Shown: one piece after another, positions 36,844-45,286 of the stretch
Layout of the letters: every line of letters begins with the position of its first letter
Position numbering within the stretch: position 1 is the first letter of the stretch
Assembly (NCBI GenBank): GCA_035653915.1
Contig: DASRYE010000041.1
Span: forward strand, 1 to 54,138
Origin: Novosphingobium sp.
GTDB lineage: Bacteria; Pseudomonadota; Alphaproteobacteria; Sphingomonadales; Sphingomonadaceae
DNA length: 54,138 nt
Direction: 5' to 3'
Notes under the pieces: generated by a model
What the model was told of the DNA's origin: nothing
The model's input: only the letters and a program-made list of their open reading frames with translations
The model's database searches: none
Position numbers and translations under genes: made by a program

Positions 36844-38010
36844 TCAAAGGAAACCGGGCGAAAGCTCGACGCCAGCCAGTGCCCCACCAGACAGTTCCAA
36901 CGTCGCCTCGCTCAGCGACGCATGTTGCGTAACCACCAGGGAATCGCGCAGCAACTGCTGCAGGCGGTTCGACCGGGCCGCCGCCGCCATGCCCGCGATG
37001 CGATAAAGCAGCTGGATCACTTCGGCCGCAGTATGCGCTGCATGGGTGGCGCTGAGGCGCAGCGCGTTGCGCTGAGGGGTGGACAACTCATCCCCCCGCA
37101 AGATCACGTCCCACGCCTGCTCGGCGGCATCGTAGTAATAGAGGCGGCAGCTTTGCAGCATGGCCTCGGCCCTGGCGAGGCCCGTGCGGAAATAGGCCCT
37201 GTCGGCAAGCTTGGCCGCCCCCGGCATCAGCTTCTTGCCGCCCGACATCTCGGCCGCAACCTCGATTGCCGCGCGCGCCAGCCCCAGGTTGGACGCGGCA
37301 TGAACCTGCGCCTGATAGGCAAGCAGCGGATAACGATACAGCGGATCGTCGAAGATTGGCTGCGTGCCGCGCAGGCAGGTCCAGTCTTCGGCAATAAAAT
37401 GATCGGTCAGCTCGGTGTCGTAGCTGCCCGTGCCCTGCATCCCGACCATATCCCAATTGGGAATGATCTTCACTTCCGCAGCAGGGCTCACCGCCATGCG
37501 GACAAGGCCCGTTCCCTCATCCGCCAGACCGATCGCAACCCAGTCTGCCCCCATGCAACCACTGGCAAAGCGCCAGCGACCAGAGACCCTCCAGCCGCCA
37601 TCGACCCGCTTGGCTGGCACCGCGGGATAGAGCCCGCCGGCAAAAACCTGATCCGGGCTGCTCGCATAGATATGCCGCTGCGTTTCATATGGCAGCGCCG
37701 CATAATACGTGTTGGCCGAACCAAAACCCGCCACCCAGGAGGCCGAGCCATCGACCCGGGCGATCCGCTCGATCCGCTCCAGAAACACATGCGGCGGCAC
37801 CCCGGCACCACCAAAACAGGCAGGCGTGGCAGCGCGATAGAGGCCCGCAGCCTTCATCAGCTGCACCACGTCGCGAGGAACATGCGACTTCGCATCGAAC
37901 TCGTCGCGCCGCGCCTCAATCACCCGCAGCAGATGATCAAATGCAACTTCGTTGAATGCCGAGGCATTTATTTTGCCATCCGTCGAAGTTTCCAGAATTT
38001 TGGTCGCCAT
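36844..38010 (-). CDS. iacA: Two-component flavin-dependent monooxygenase (acyl-CoA dehydrogenase fold), IacA-like
   Basis: DGSASWVAGFG, VFAGG..P, GRWRFASGCMGA, WDMVGMQGTGS, YRYP, TQHA, C-terminal PGFL resemble recalled IacA. Confidence 0.78.
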   Translation of the reverse strand: MATKILETSTDGKINASAFNEVAFDHLLRVIEARRDEFDAKSHVPRDVVQLMKAAGLYRAATPACFGGAGVPPHVFLERIERIARVDGSASWVAGFGSANTYYAALPYETQRHIYASSPDQVFAGGLYPAVPAKRVDGGWRVSGRWRFASGCMGADWVAIGLADEGTGLVRMAVSPAAEVKIIPNWDMVGMQGTGSYDTELTDHFIAEDWTCLRGTQPIFDDPLYRYPLLAYQAQVHAASNLGLARAAIEVAAEMSGGKKLMPGAAKLADRAYFRTGLARAEAMLQSCRLYYYDAAEQAWDVILRGDELSTPQRNALRLSATHAAHTAAEVIQLLYRIAGMAAAARSNRLQQLLRDSLVVTQHASLSEATLELSGGALAGVELSPGFL

Positions 38011-38076
38011 TACAAATCCGCTCCACGGAAATACACTGCTCACATCTTTATTGATCCACTACGGGTGATTAAACCA

Positions 38077-38113
38077 ATGAAATTGCATAATTCCACGCAT
38101 AACGCCGGATAAT
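38077..38113. promoter_or_regulatory. Possible paired LysR boxes upstream of the iacA-like gene
   Basis: ATAACGCCGGATAAT (38099-38113) and ATGAAATTGCATAAT (38077-38091); both T-N11-A, 22 bp apart. Confidence 0.35.
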
Positions 38114-38152
38114 TCTCTTTTTTAACCAGACTTATCGGGACACTGCGCCCCG

Positions 38153-39511
38153 TCACGCCTGCGCGAACCTGGAAAGCTGGAATGGAGAGAGATCGATCCC
38201 GGGATCTTCACCCGCCGCCAGCTGCGCCAGAACAGCGCCAGCGCCCGGCCCCATGGTAAAGCCATACGTAAAGCCGGTGCCGACGAAGAGACCCGGCACC
38301 TCGCTGACGCCGGACAGGACAGGCAGATCGTCGATCGTGCTGACGAGCGCGCCCGACCAGGCCTCGCGCACCTGGGCTTGCATAAATTCTGGCCGCTGGC
38401 GGCGCAGTTCGGCCAGCAACCGGTCGAGGAGCGGCTGCTGAGTCTCGGGCTGCAGGATCCGCACTTTCTCGAAGGGGCTCGGCCGGTCGAGCCGCCAGGT
38501 TGCAGGCGTGGTCAGATCGCGCCAGAAATTGCTCCACGACAGCCGCGGCGCAATCGGCGGGCCCGCCGCCAGCAGCGGCAGCAATTGACGGATATATTTG
38601 AATTGGCTGGGCAGGATCGGGGCCACCCCCTGTATTGCCCCCACCGCATAGCCCCCGTCCAGTTCCCGGCGCACCACAACCGGTGGCAGCACGCCGACGA
38701 GGTCGGGCCCACCCGCGAAGGGCGCCAGGCTCATGATCGAGGCATAGCCCCCGAACATCGGCAGTTCGATACCCAGGCTGCGCAGGAAGGTGGGGGTCCA
38801 GACACCGCCCGCCAGGATCACCTTGCCGGTCCGAACCGTGCCGCGTTCGGTGACGATCGCGCAAATCCCGCGGCCCAGCCGCTCAAACCCGCGCACCGCG
38901 CATTGCTGGAAAATCAGGGCGCCATGTTTGCGCGCGCCCATCGCGATCGCCGGCGCGGCCAGCTTGGGTTCCGCAATCCCTTCGCCAGCTGCATGGAATG
39001 CGTATTTGTAAGCCGATGAGGCGCCGCAAAGCAGGTCGTCGACCTGGCTTGCGCTTGCAACCCGGGCGCTCAAACCGATGGTTGCCGCCTGGTCTATCCA
39101 ATGCTGCGCGCCCGCAAGCTCTTCCTCACCGTTGAAGAATTCAACGATGTCATGCTCGCGAAAGCCGGTTTCCTCCCCCGTCAACGTGTCGAGGTTGCGC
39201 CAGCACTGCTTGGACAACTCGATCAAGGGCTGCAGCCGCAAATCCTGGTGCTTGCCCTCGATCAGCCCATGGTTGCGACCGGAGGCTTCGCCGGCAATCG
39301 CGCCCTTTTCGAACACTGCGACCGAGAACCCGCGTTTGGCCAGATACAGCGCCGCCGAAACCCCGATGATGCCGCCGCCAATCACCGCGACATCAACGGA
39401 CGACGGCAACGCCTTGTCGCTCTCGACAGGATGCGCCCGGGACACCCCGGGCACGAGCGAGGCCTCCCCCCCGGCCAGGATATCCCACAGCTTTCGCGCA
39501 AAAGCAGCCAT
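38153..39511 (-). CDS. FAD-dependent DAO-family oxidoreductase, L-amino acid deaminase-like
   Basis: LP..DV-VIGGGIIG, EKG-IAGE-S-R, AEP, SPFEKVRILQP, W-G..T-D-LPV, GFTMGPG. Confidence 0.8.
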   Translation of the reverse strand: MAAFARKLWDILAGGEASLVPGVSRAHPVESDKALPSSVDVAVIGGGIIGVSAALYLAKRGFSVAVFEKGAIAGEASGRNHGLIEGKHQDLRLQPLIELSKQCWRNLDTLTGEETGFREHDIVEFFNGEEELAGAQHWIDQAATIGLSARVASASQVDDLLCGASSAYKYAFHAAGEGIAEPKLAAPAIAMGARKHGALIFQQCAVRGFERLGRGICAIVTERGTVRTGKVILAGGVWTPTFLRSLGIELPMFGGYASIMSLAPFAGGPDLVGVLPPVVVRRELDGGYAVGAIQGVAPILPSQFKYIRQLLPLLAAGPPIAPRLSWSNFWRDLTTPATWRLDRPSPFEKVRILQPETQQPLLDRLLAELRRQRPEFMQAQVREAWSGALVSTIDDLPVLSGVSEVPGLFVGTGFTYGFTMGPGAGAVLAQLAAGEDPGIDLSPFQLSRFAQA

Positions 39512-39513
39512 CG

Positions 39514-40515
39514 TCAGCCCTTGATGACCGAATTGGCAAGATCGCTCGGCGAAAGATATCCGGCCGGGGCCGCGATGATATCCGGAAGCCGGTTCACCAG
39601 CGTGGCGCAGGTCACTTCCACGCCGGGGAAATTGTCCGTCACGAAAGTCAGCTCCGGCTCTCCCCTGAAAGTCCAGGTGATCTTTTCAGTCTCTCCCGGC
39701 GCATTGACCTTCTCGACGAACTCCATCTCGAGTTTGATCCCCTCGCGGGTTTCGATCTGATAGATTTCCGTCACACCGGCAGTGCGGCCGGGCAGGATGG
39801 TCCTCCCCAGGCTTTCGGATACGATCTCGCGCTCGGCATAGATCGGTTCGTGGCGCACGCTCCGCTCGGTTGGCGTCCACCCCAGCTTTGCCACCATCGC
39901 CTCCAGAGCGATGCCCGAAAAGGGGATCAGGGCCTTGGCTTCGCCCTCGGCGGCCTGTTTTGCATAGCCCTCGGGCGTGAGGTCGATCGGATATTGGCCG
40001 ATCAGGGCCGGGCCGTAGACATCGAGATTGACGTTCGAGCGGCAATGGACTTCGCCGATCCGATGCACCGCGCCTGTGAGCAGGGCCGGCAGATTGAGCC
40101 AGAAGATATCCTGCACCCCGGTTGCCGCCAGGGTGGCGCCATTGGCCCGCGCGACAGCGTTGAGCGCCTGGCCGATCACTCCTGCGGTCCCGGGGAAGAA
40201 GGCTTCTTCCGAGATGGTCGCCACATTCACCCCATGCGACAAGCTGAGTTCGGCAATCGGCGACAGCGATTCCAGATCGGAACTGGTCGTCACCACCACG
40301 ATATCCACCCCGCCCCTGGCCAGGATTGCGGCCAGATCGTTGGTCACCGCCACCCCTGCCGGCACCGGCAATCCGGCCAGCGTTCCGATATCCTCGCCCT
40401 GCGACGAGGTCCGGCTCACCACGCCGACAATATGGATGCCGTTTTCAATCATATACCGCGCGGTCAGACGGCCCATGAAGCCAACCCCGACCAGAACCGC
40501 ATTAATAGCGTTCAT
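39514..40515 (-). CDS. NAD(P)-dependent native amine dehydrogenase / 2,4-diaminopentanoate dehydrogenase family
   Basis: GVGFMG, GVNVATISEE, TGVQDIFW, DVYGP, GEP, TCATLVNRLPDII-AP-G. Confidence 0.82.
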   Translation of the reverse strand: MNAINAVLVGVGFMGRLTARYMIENGIHIVGVVSRTSSQGEDIGTLAGLPVPAGVAVTNDLAAILARGGVDIVVVTTSSDLESLSPIAELSLSHGVNVATISEEAFFPGTAGVIGQALNAVARANGATLAATGVQDIFWLNLPALLTGAVHRIGEVHCRSNVNLDVYGPALIGQYPIDLTPEGYAKQAAEGEAKALIPFSGIALEAMVAKLGWTPTERSVRHEPIYAEREIVSESLGRTILPGRTAGVTEIYQIETREGIKLEMEFVEKVNAPGETEKITWTFRGEPELTFVTDNFPGVEVTCATLVNRLPDIIAAPAGYLSPSDLANSVIKG

Positions 40516-40566
40516 CGTTCCATTCCCTTGACAACAGGTGCAATCATCCGGGCCAGCCCACACGGC

Positions 40567-41838
40567 CTAGCCCAAGGTTCGCTCATACAATTTATAGGCA
40601 TCGACCAGCGCCTCACGCCCGCGAACGCCAATGGGAACGGCAGGGGTCTCGATCCCCGCCACCAGCTCGAAGCGCGACCGGTCACCATGCAGCGCCTCGG
40701 CGATAAGCTGCCCGTTCAGCACCGCCCAGGCGACGTTGGAGGCCAGCGTGTAATAAACCTTGGGGCTGGCCTCGCCGATATGCGGCAGGAATTTGAGGTC
40801 GGCCGCCCCCTTGCCCTCCCAGGCATAATCGATCTGCACATCCGCAAGTTCGGGATAGATCGCCAGCATCCGCTTGCGCAGCACATGCTTGCGCTTTTCC
40901 TCAGTATCCAGGCTGATCGGGGAAACGCTGCCGAAAACCAGCCGATTGTCCCCGCTCAGGCGGTAGAAATCGATGAACATGCGGGTGTCGTTGACCGCCA
41001 GCCGTTCCTTCATCAACGCAGCGGCGCGCGCGCTTCCCAGCGGCTCTGTCGCGATCACCCAGGCATAGGCGTTGAAGATCTTCTGCGCGATGTGCCGATC
41101 GATGCGATGTATATTGGCATTGGTCGCGATGATCAGCTTCTCGGCCATCACCGTGCCGGTAGCGGTCCTGACTTTGACGCCAGCGCCAGAGGCATCGTAG
41201 GACAGCGCATCGCTATCCTCGAATATCTGAACGCCGGCCTGAGCGACCACCTTGGCAAAGCCCACCGCGAATTGCAGCGGATTGAGATGGACCATGTCCA
41301 TATCGAAAAAACCGCCGTAATAGGCTTCGGTGCCGATAAGATCGGCCAGTTCCGCACGATCGTAATATTTGACGTTCTTACGATATCCGCGCGCCAGGAA
41401 CTTTTCCGCCCCCAGCCGCAAATGTTCGGCATGTTTCGGCTTGTGGGCAACATGGCCAACGCCCTTGCGCATATCGCACTCGATGGCGTTGCGCGCGATG
41501 ATCTCGCCGACCAGCCGGCAGGCCTCGCTGCTCAATTCCCACATGCCGCTGGCCCGGTCCGCGCCGATCGGCTTCTCGAAATCGTCCGGATCGTGGCCGA
41601 ACAGGCTTTCCATGTGCCCCCCGTTGCGCCCCGAGGCGCCCCAGCCCACGCGGTTGCGTTCCAACAGCACCACCCTGGTGCCCTTCTGCGCCAGATGCAG
41701 GGCCGTTGACAGGCCGGCAAAGCCACCGCCGAGCACGCAGACATCGGCGCGGATATCCCCGGCCAGGCGCGGATAATCGACCAGCCGCGATGCGACACTC
41801 GCTGCGTAGAAGGAGTTTACATGCTGTGTTTTCGTCAT
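40567..41838 (-). CDS. PuuB/OrdL-like FAD-dependent amine oxidase
   Basis: SFYAAS..L-G...DVCVLGGGFAGLSTA, GWGASGRNGG, HLNPL, YRLS-DNRL-FG, YAW-G, LPHIG. Confidence 0.85.
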   Translation of the reverse strand: MTKTQHVNSFYAASVASRLVDYPRLAGDIRADVCVLGGGFAGLSTALHLAQKGTRVVLLERNRVGWGASGRNGGHMESLFGHDPDDFEKPIGADRASGMWELSSEACRLVGEIIARNAIECDMRKGVGHVAHKPKHAEHLRLGAEKFLARGYRKNVKYYDRAELADLIGTEAYYGGFFDMDMVHLNPLQFAVGFAKVVAQAGVQIFEDSDALSYDASGAGVKVRTATGTVMAEKLIIATNANIHRIDRHIAQKIFNAYAWVIATEPLGSARAAALMKERLAVNDTRMFIDFYRLSGDNRLVFGSVSPISLDTEEKRKHVLRKRMLAIYPELADVQIDYAWEGKGAADLKFLPHIGEASPKVYYTLASNVAWAVLNGQLIAEALHGDRSRFELVAGIETPAVPIGVRGREALVDAYKLYERTLG

Positions 41839-41900
41839 GGCTCTATCCGTCTTTCCGCGGTTGGGGGCGTCAAAATTGCCAATCCGCCCATTATTATTAT

Positions 41901-43082
41901 TTAATTACAATGTATTGATCGCAATTCCGCCAAAGCTGCGCGCATAAAGGCATCCGCATTCGCCGAGTCCGAAATGTCGTTGATCATCCGCTGGGACAGC
42001 ATCACCAGCACGCTGTCTGTGGCAGGGTCCATGAACAGCGAGGTGCCGGTTCCGCCCCACCAGCCAAAGCGGCCGGGATGCGGCGAGACATGGTTTGCGG
42101 CCTGCACCACGCACAGGCCCAGCCCCCAGCCCAGCGCATCCCAGAAGCCGGGAAACTGCGGCGACCGCTGCTTGGCCTGCGGGCCAACATGGTCGCGCCG
42201 CATTTCCGCAACAAGGCCTTGCGCAAGCAGGCGCCGCCCCTGGAAGGTTCCGCCATCCAGCAGCATCCGCCCGAATTTGGCGAGGTCTGGCGCGGTGGAA
42301 ATCAGCTCGGATCCGCCCTGGTCCATCGGCCGTGCCTGCGTGCGGCGCGGCGCATCGGCGATCTGGTAATAGCGCCCGCCCTGCGCGGCATAGAGGCTCG
42401 CCAGCCGCCGTTCACGCGCCGGGTCGAGCCGGAAGCCGCTGTCGTGCATGCCCAGGGGTTCAAAAATGCGCCGCGCCATGAACGATCCCAGGCGCTCCCC
42501 CGCAACCCGCTCGATCAGGATACCGGCGACATCGATGCCGATATGATAGAGCCAGCGCTCGCCCGGCTGGCTGAGGAGAGGCAGCGAGCCGATGCGGCGC
42601 ATATATTCATCACCGTCTCCTGCGAAATTGAACGCCGAAATGTGCAGCGCCTGCAAGCGGGACGACACGCTGGACCACCCGGCATAATCGAACCCCAGGC
42701 CGAAGGTCTGGCTCAGCAGCCCGCGCAAGGTGACTGGCCCTTTCGCGGGCACCGTATCGGCAAGCGGGGCAGCGGCCGTTCGCAGCACCCTGCGATCGGC
42801 CAGTTCGGGCAGCCACCGCCCCAGGTCCTCGTCAAGCGCCAGCAGGCCATCGTCCACCAGCATCAGCGCCGCAACCGCCGTCACAGGCTTGCTGACCGAG
42901 GCGATGCGAAACAGCGTATCAGGCTGCATCGGCGCGCCGCTTGCCAGATCCTTGCAGCCGGCGGCATGGATCCGCACTTGCCCGGAACGCTCGACAAGCG
43001 CGACCATCCCGGGTGCATGGCCATCACGGACCCGGCTTTCAACGGCCTGGATCCAGTCGGCGCCATCGGTCAGCGAAGGCAT
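41901..43082 (-). CDS. Serine hydrolase, beta-lactamase fold (family VIII esterase/amidase)
   Basis: FRIASVSK (SxxK), PGERWLY, IFEPLGM, FGWWGGTGT. Confidence 0.9.
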   Translation of the reverse strand: MPSLTDGADWIQAVESRVRDGHAPGMVALVERSGQVRIHAAGCKDLASGAPMQPDTLFRIASVSKPVTAVAALMLVDDGLLALDEDLGRWLPELADRRVLRTAAAPLADTVPAKGPVTLRGLLSQTFGLGFDYAGWSSVSSRLQALHISAFNFAGDGDEYMRRIGSLPLLSQPGERWLYHIGIDVAGILIERVAGERLGSFMARRIFEPLGMHDSGFRLDPARERRLASLYAAQGGRYYQIADAPRRTQARPMDQGGSELISTAPDLAKFGRMLLDGGTFQGRRLLAQGLVAEMRRDHVGPQAKQRSPQFPGFWDALGWGLGLCVVQAANHVSPHPGRFGWWGGTGTSLFMDPATDSVLVMLSQRMINDISDSANADAFMRAALAELRSIHCN

Positions 43083-43086
43083 CGGC

Positions 43087-44247
43087 TCAATCCAGGCTGG
43101 AGCGCAATACAAGCGCGCAGATCGCGGCGCCGAAGCAGGCGGCTGCGCTTACCCAGCCCACGGCCGCCAGGGAGATCCGGTCCGCGATCACCCCGCCCAG
43201 CAGCGGGCTGAGCGCACCGGCGAAATAAACCGCAAAGCCCGACAGCGTTACCGCGCGCCCCTGATTGTCGAGCGCGGCCCCGGCGCTGAACAGATAGGGC
43301 ATCACGAAGAAGGCCGACATGCCGTAAAGGAAGATGCCCGTCGCGAACCAGACCATCGCGCCGCTCGCGCCGATCGACAGCCCCGCCAGGCAGCCCAGCA
43401 AAATGCCAAGCGCGAGCGGCAACGCCACTCCGAACCTGCGATCGAGAAAACCGGCCAACAGCGAACCGATGATGTTGAAGACACCGGACAGGCCAAGCAC
43501 GATCCCGACGGTATCGACATCGAACTTCCTGATCGCCGCGACACTGAGCGAGAAACTCCACAACATCTGCAGGCCGCCGTTGGCCAGCGCACACATCAGC
43601 AACAGCACCCACAGCGCGTAAGCCGGTTTGGGCTCCAGCTCATGCTGCTCGAACTCGGCCGTGAGCGAAGGCCTGGGACAGCCAAAGACCGCAAGCGCCG
43701 CCGCCGCCGCCAGGCACAGCGCAACCAGCAGCCCATAGATCGGCACAAAGCCGTATTTGAGCACAGCCGATGGCCAGACCACAAAGCCAAGGCCATAAAC
43801 AACGCTGGCAACGATAAAGGACGCGCTCATCACCCGCACACCGGCATGATGCTGCGCAGCCCAATAAGCCGCCGAAGCATAGAGAACGCCGCTGCTGAGG
43901 CCCGCCACGATCCGGCAGACAACGAACCAGGCCACACCATAAGAAAGGCAAGACAGGATATTGCCGGCAACGGTGATCACCAGAGCCCAGAAGCACAGGC
44001 GCGCCACGTCGATGCGGCTGAAAACATTGGCCAGCCCCAGAGCGGTGAAGGCCGAGAAAATCACCTCGGCCGTGACGATGCCACCAGCGGCAGCTTCCGA
44101 CAGCCGATAGATGCGCGACGCCACCTCGATCACGAACGGCGCCACGAACAATCCGCAGGCCCCGATCGTCAACAACAGCGGACAAAGGATATAGGCGGCC
44201 CAACTCGACCCAAAGGTCCGGGGAGATTCCATCGCTATACTTGCCAT
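43087..44247 (-). CDS. MFS transporter
   Basis: About 12 hydrophobic segments, RIVAG, GFLDRRFG, GGVIADR; RBS GAGGTG. Confidence 0.85.
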   Translation of the reverse strand: MASIAMESPRTFGSSWAAYILCPLLLTIGACGLFVAPFVIEVASRIYRLSEAAAGGIVTAEVIFSAFTALGLANVFSRIDVARLCFWALVITVAGNILSCLSYGVAWFVVCRIVAGLSSGVLYASAAYWAAQHHAGVRVMSASFIVASVVYGLGFVVWPSAVLKYGFVPIYGLLVALCLAAAAALAVFGCPRPSLTAEFEQHELEPKPAYALWVLLLMCALANGGLQMLWSFSLSVAAIRKFDVDTVGIVLGLSGVFNIIGSLLAGFLDRRFGVALPLALGILLGCLAGLSIGASGAMVWFATGIFLYGMSAFFVMPYLFSAGAALDNQGRAVTLSGFAVYFAGALSPLLGGVIADRISLAAVGWVSAAACFGAAICALVLRSSLD

Positions 44248-44266
44248 CGATATCACCTCGCCTCTG

Positions 44267-44650
44267 TCAGCTGCCGCCACCCGGGCTCCAGGTGCCCTTC
44301 TGAACGATCAGCCATGCACCATCGATCTTGTGGAGGATGAAGACGCTGCGCATGTCATGCCCCTCCAGCCCGTTTTCCTCGATCGCGACATTGGCAAGCG
44401 TGCCATACTGATCGACCCGGACGATCCTGCCCTCGAAATCGGGGCTGCTCTCATGCGTCGGCGGAGCCTTGCGCATGTAATCGGCCACAAAGGCGCCCGC
44501 ATTGGGGATCACCATGAACTGGCCGCCGAAATGCCCCGTCATCACCGCTTGCGCGTGAAAGGCGCTGGCGACCAGATCGGGATCGGAGTCGCGAATGCCA
44601 TTGATGTATTTGAATACGACCGTCTCGATCGCGCCACGTTCGTCACTCAT
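44267..44650 (-). CDS. NTF2-like (putative lumazine-binding 2) protein
   Basis: AI..V..YING....D......AFH-QA, L-KIDG-W-IVQK. Confidence 0.75.
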   Translation of the reverse strand: MSDERGAIETVVFKYINGIRDSDPDLVASAFHAQAVMTGHFGGQFMVIPNAGAFVADYMRKAPPTHESSPDFEGRIVRVDQYGTLANVAIEENGLEGHDMRSVFILHKIDGAWLIVQKGTWSPGGGS

Positions 44651-45233
44651 TGCCTATTCCTTCCACTCGCAACCTGGCTTCATCCTCATGGACAAGATCG
44701 TCGATCGTTTCGTCGTAAACGAACTTGTTGCCGCCGATTTTCAAATACCCCTGAAAAGAAGGCAGCTCTGCGGCGCCATACTGGTTGGCAATCAAGTGAA
44801 TGTGCTCCTCCCCAACCTTGTCCAGCGCCAGAAATCCGTCGATATCCATCAGGAAATCGCGGTGCGGTATTTCATGGTCGTTGAAGAAGCGGGATTTGGC
44901 GATGGCCTTGGCTTCCACTTCGCTCTTCGCCGCGATCACTTCAAACGCATGGCGCTCGAAGCTTTCCTCCCGGAAATACCCACCCATATTGACGAAAAAC
45001 AGCCTGGCCTCGCCTTGCGAAGGCCCCGAACCGATGGTCACATCATAGCCATCCACCCAGTTGACGCGACGGATGACATCGATGTGCAAAAGCTCCTGGT
45101 CCGCAAACCAACGATTTGCTATTCCCGCAAAGGCTTCTTCCGGTTTTTCGACGACAGCGAACTGAACATCGTGAATTTCGATATTCGCGCCGGGCGCCGT
45201 ACCTCCCACGAAGAACATGTAAAGATTTTTCAT
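44643..45233 (-). CDS. DUF1543 domain protein
   Basis: LYMFFVGG..ANIEIHDVQF..WF..LHID; second repeat LFFVNMGGY..E-H..AKAIAK..HRD. Confidence 0.82.
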   Translation of the reverse strand: MKNLYMFFVGGTAPGANIEIHDVQFAVVEKPEEAFAGIANRWFADQELLHIDVIRRVNWVDGYDVTIGSGPSQGEARLFFVNMGGYFREESFERHAFEVIAAKSEVEAKAIAKSRFFNDHEIPHRDFLMDIDGFLALDKVGEEHIHLIANQYGAAELPSFQGYLKIGGNKFVYDETIDDLVHEDEARLRVEGIGNE

Positions 45234-45286
45234 CTTACATCCTTCTCTCAAGAATTATGCCAACGGTTCGGGAAGCCAGAGCTCTC

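Noticed and set aside
41901-43082. Beta-lactam resistance gene
   Set aside because: Has SxxK but no signal peptide or KTG triad (WWGG instead); catabolic context fits a family VIII esterase/amidase.
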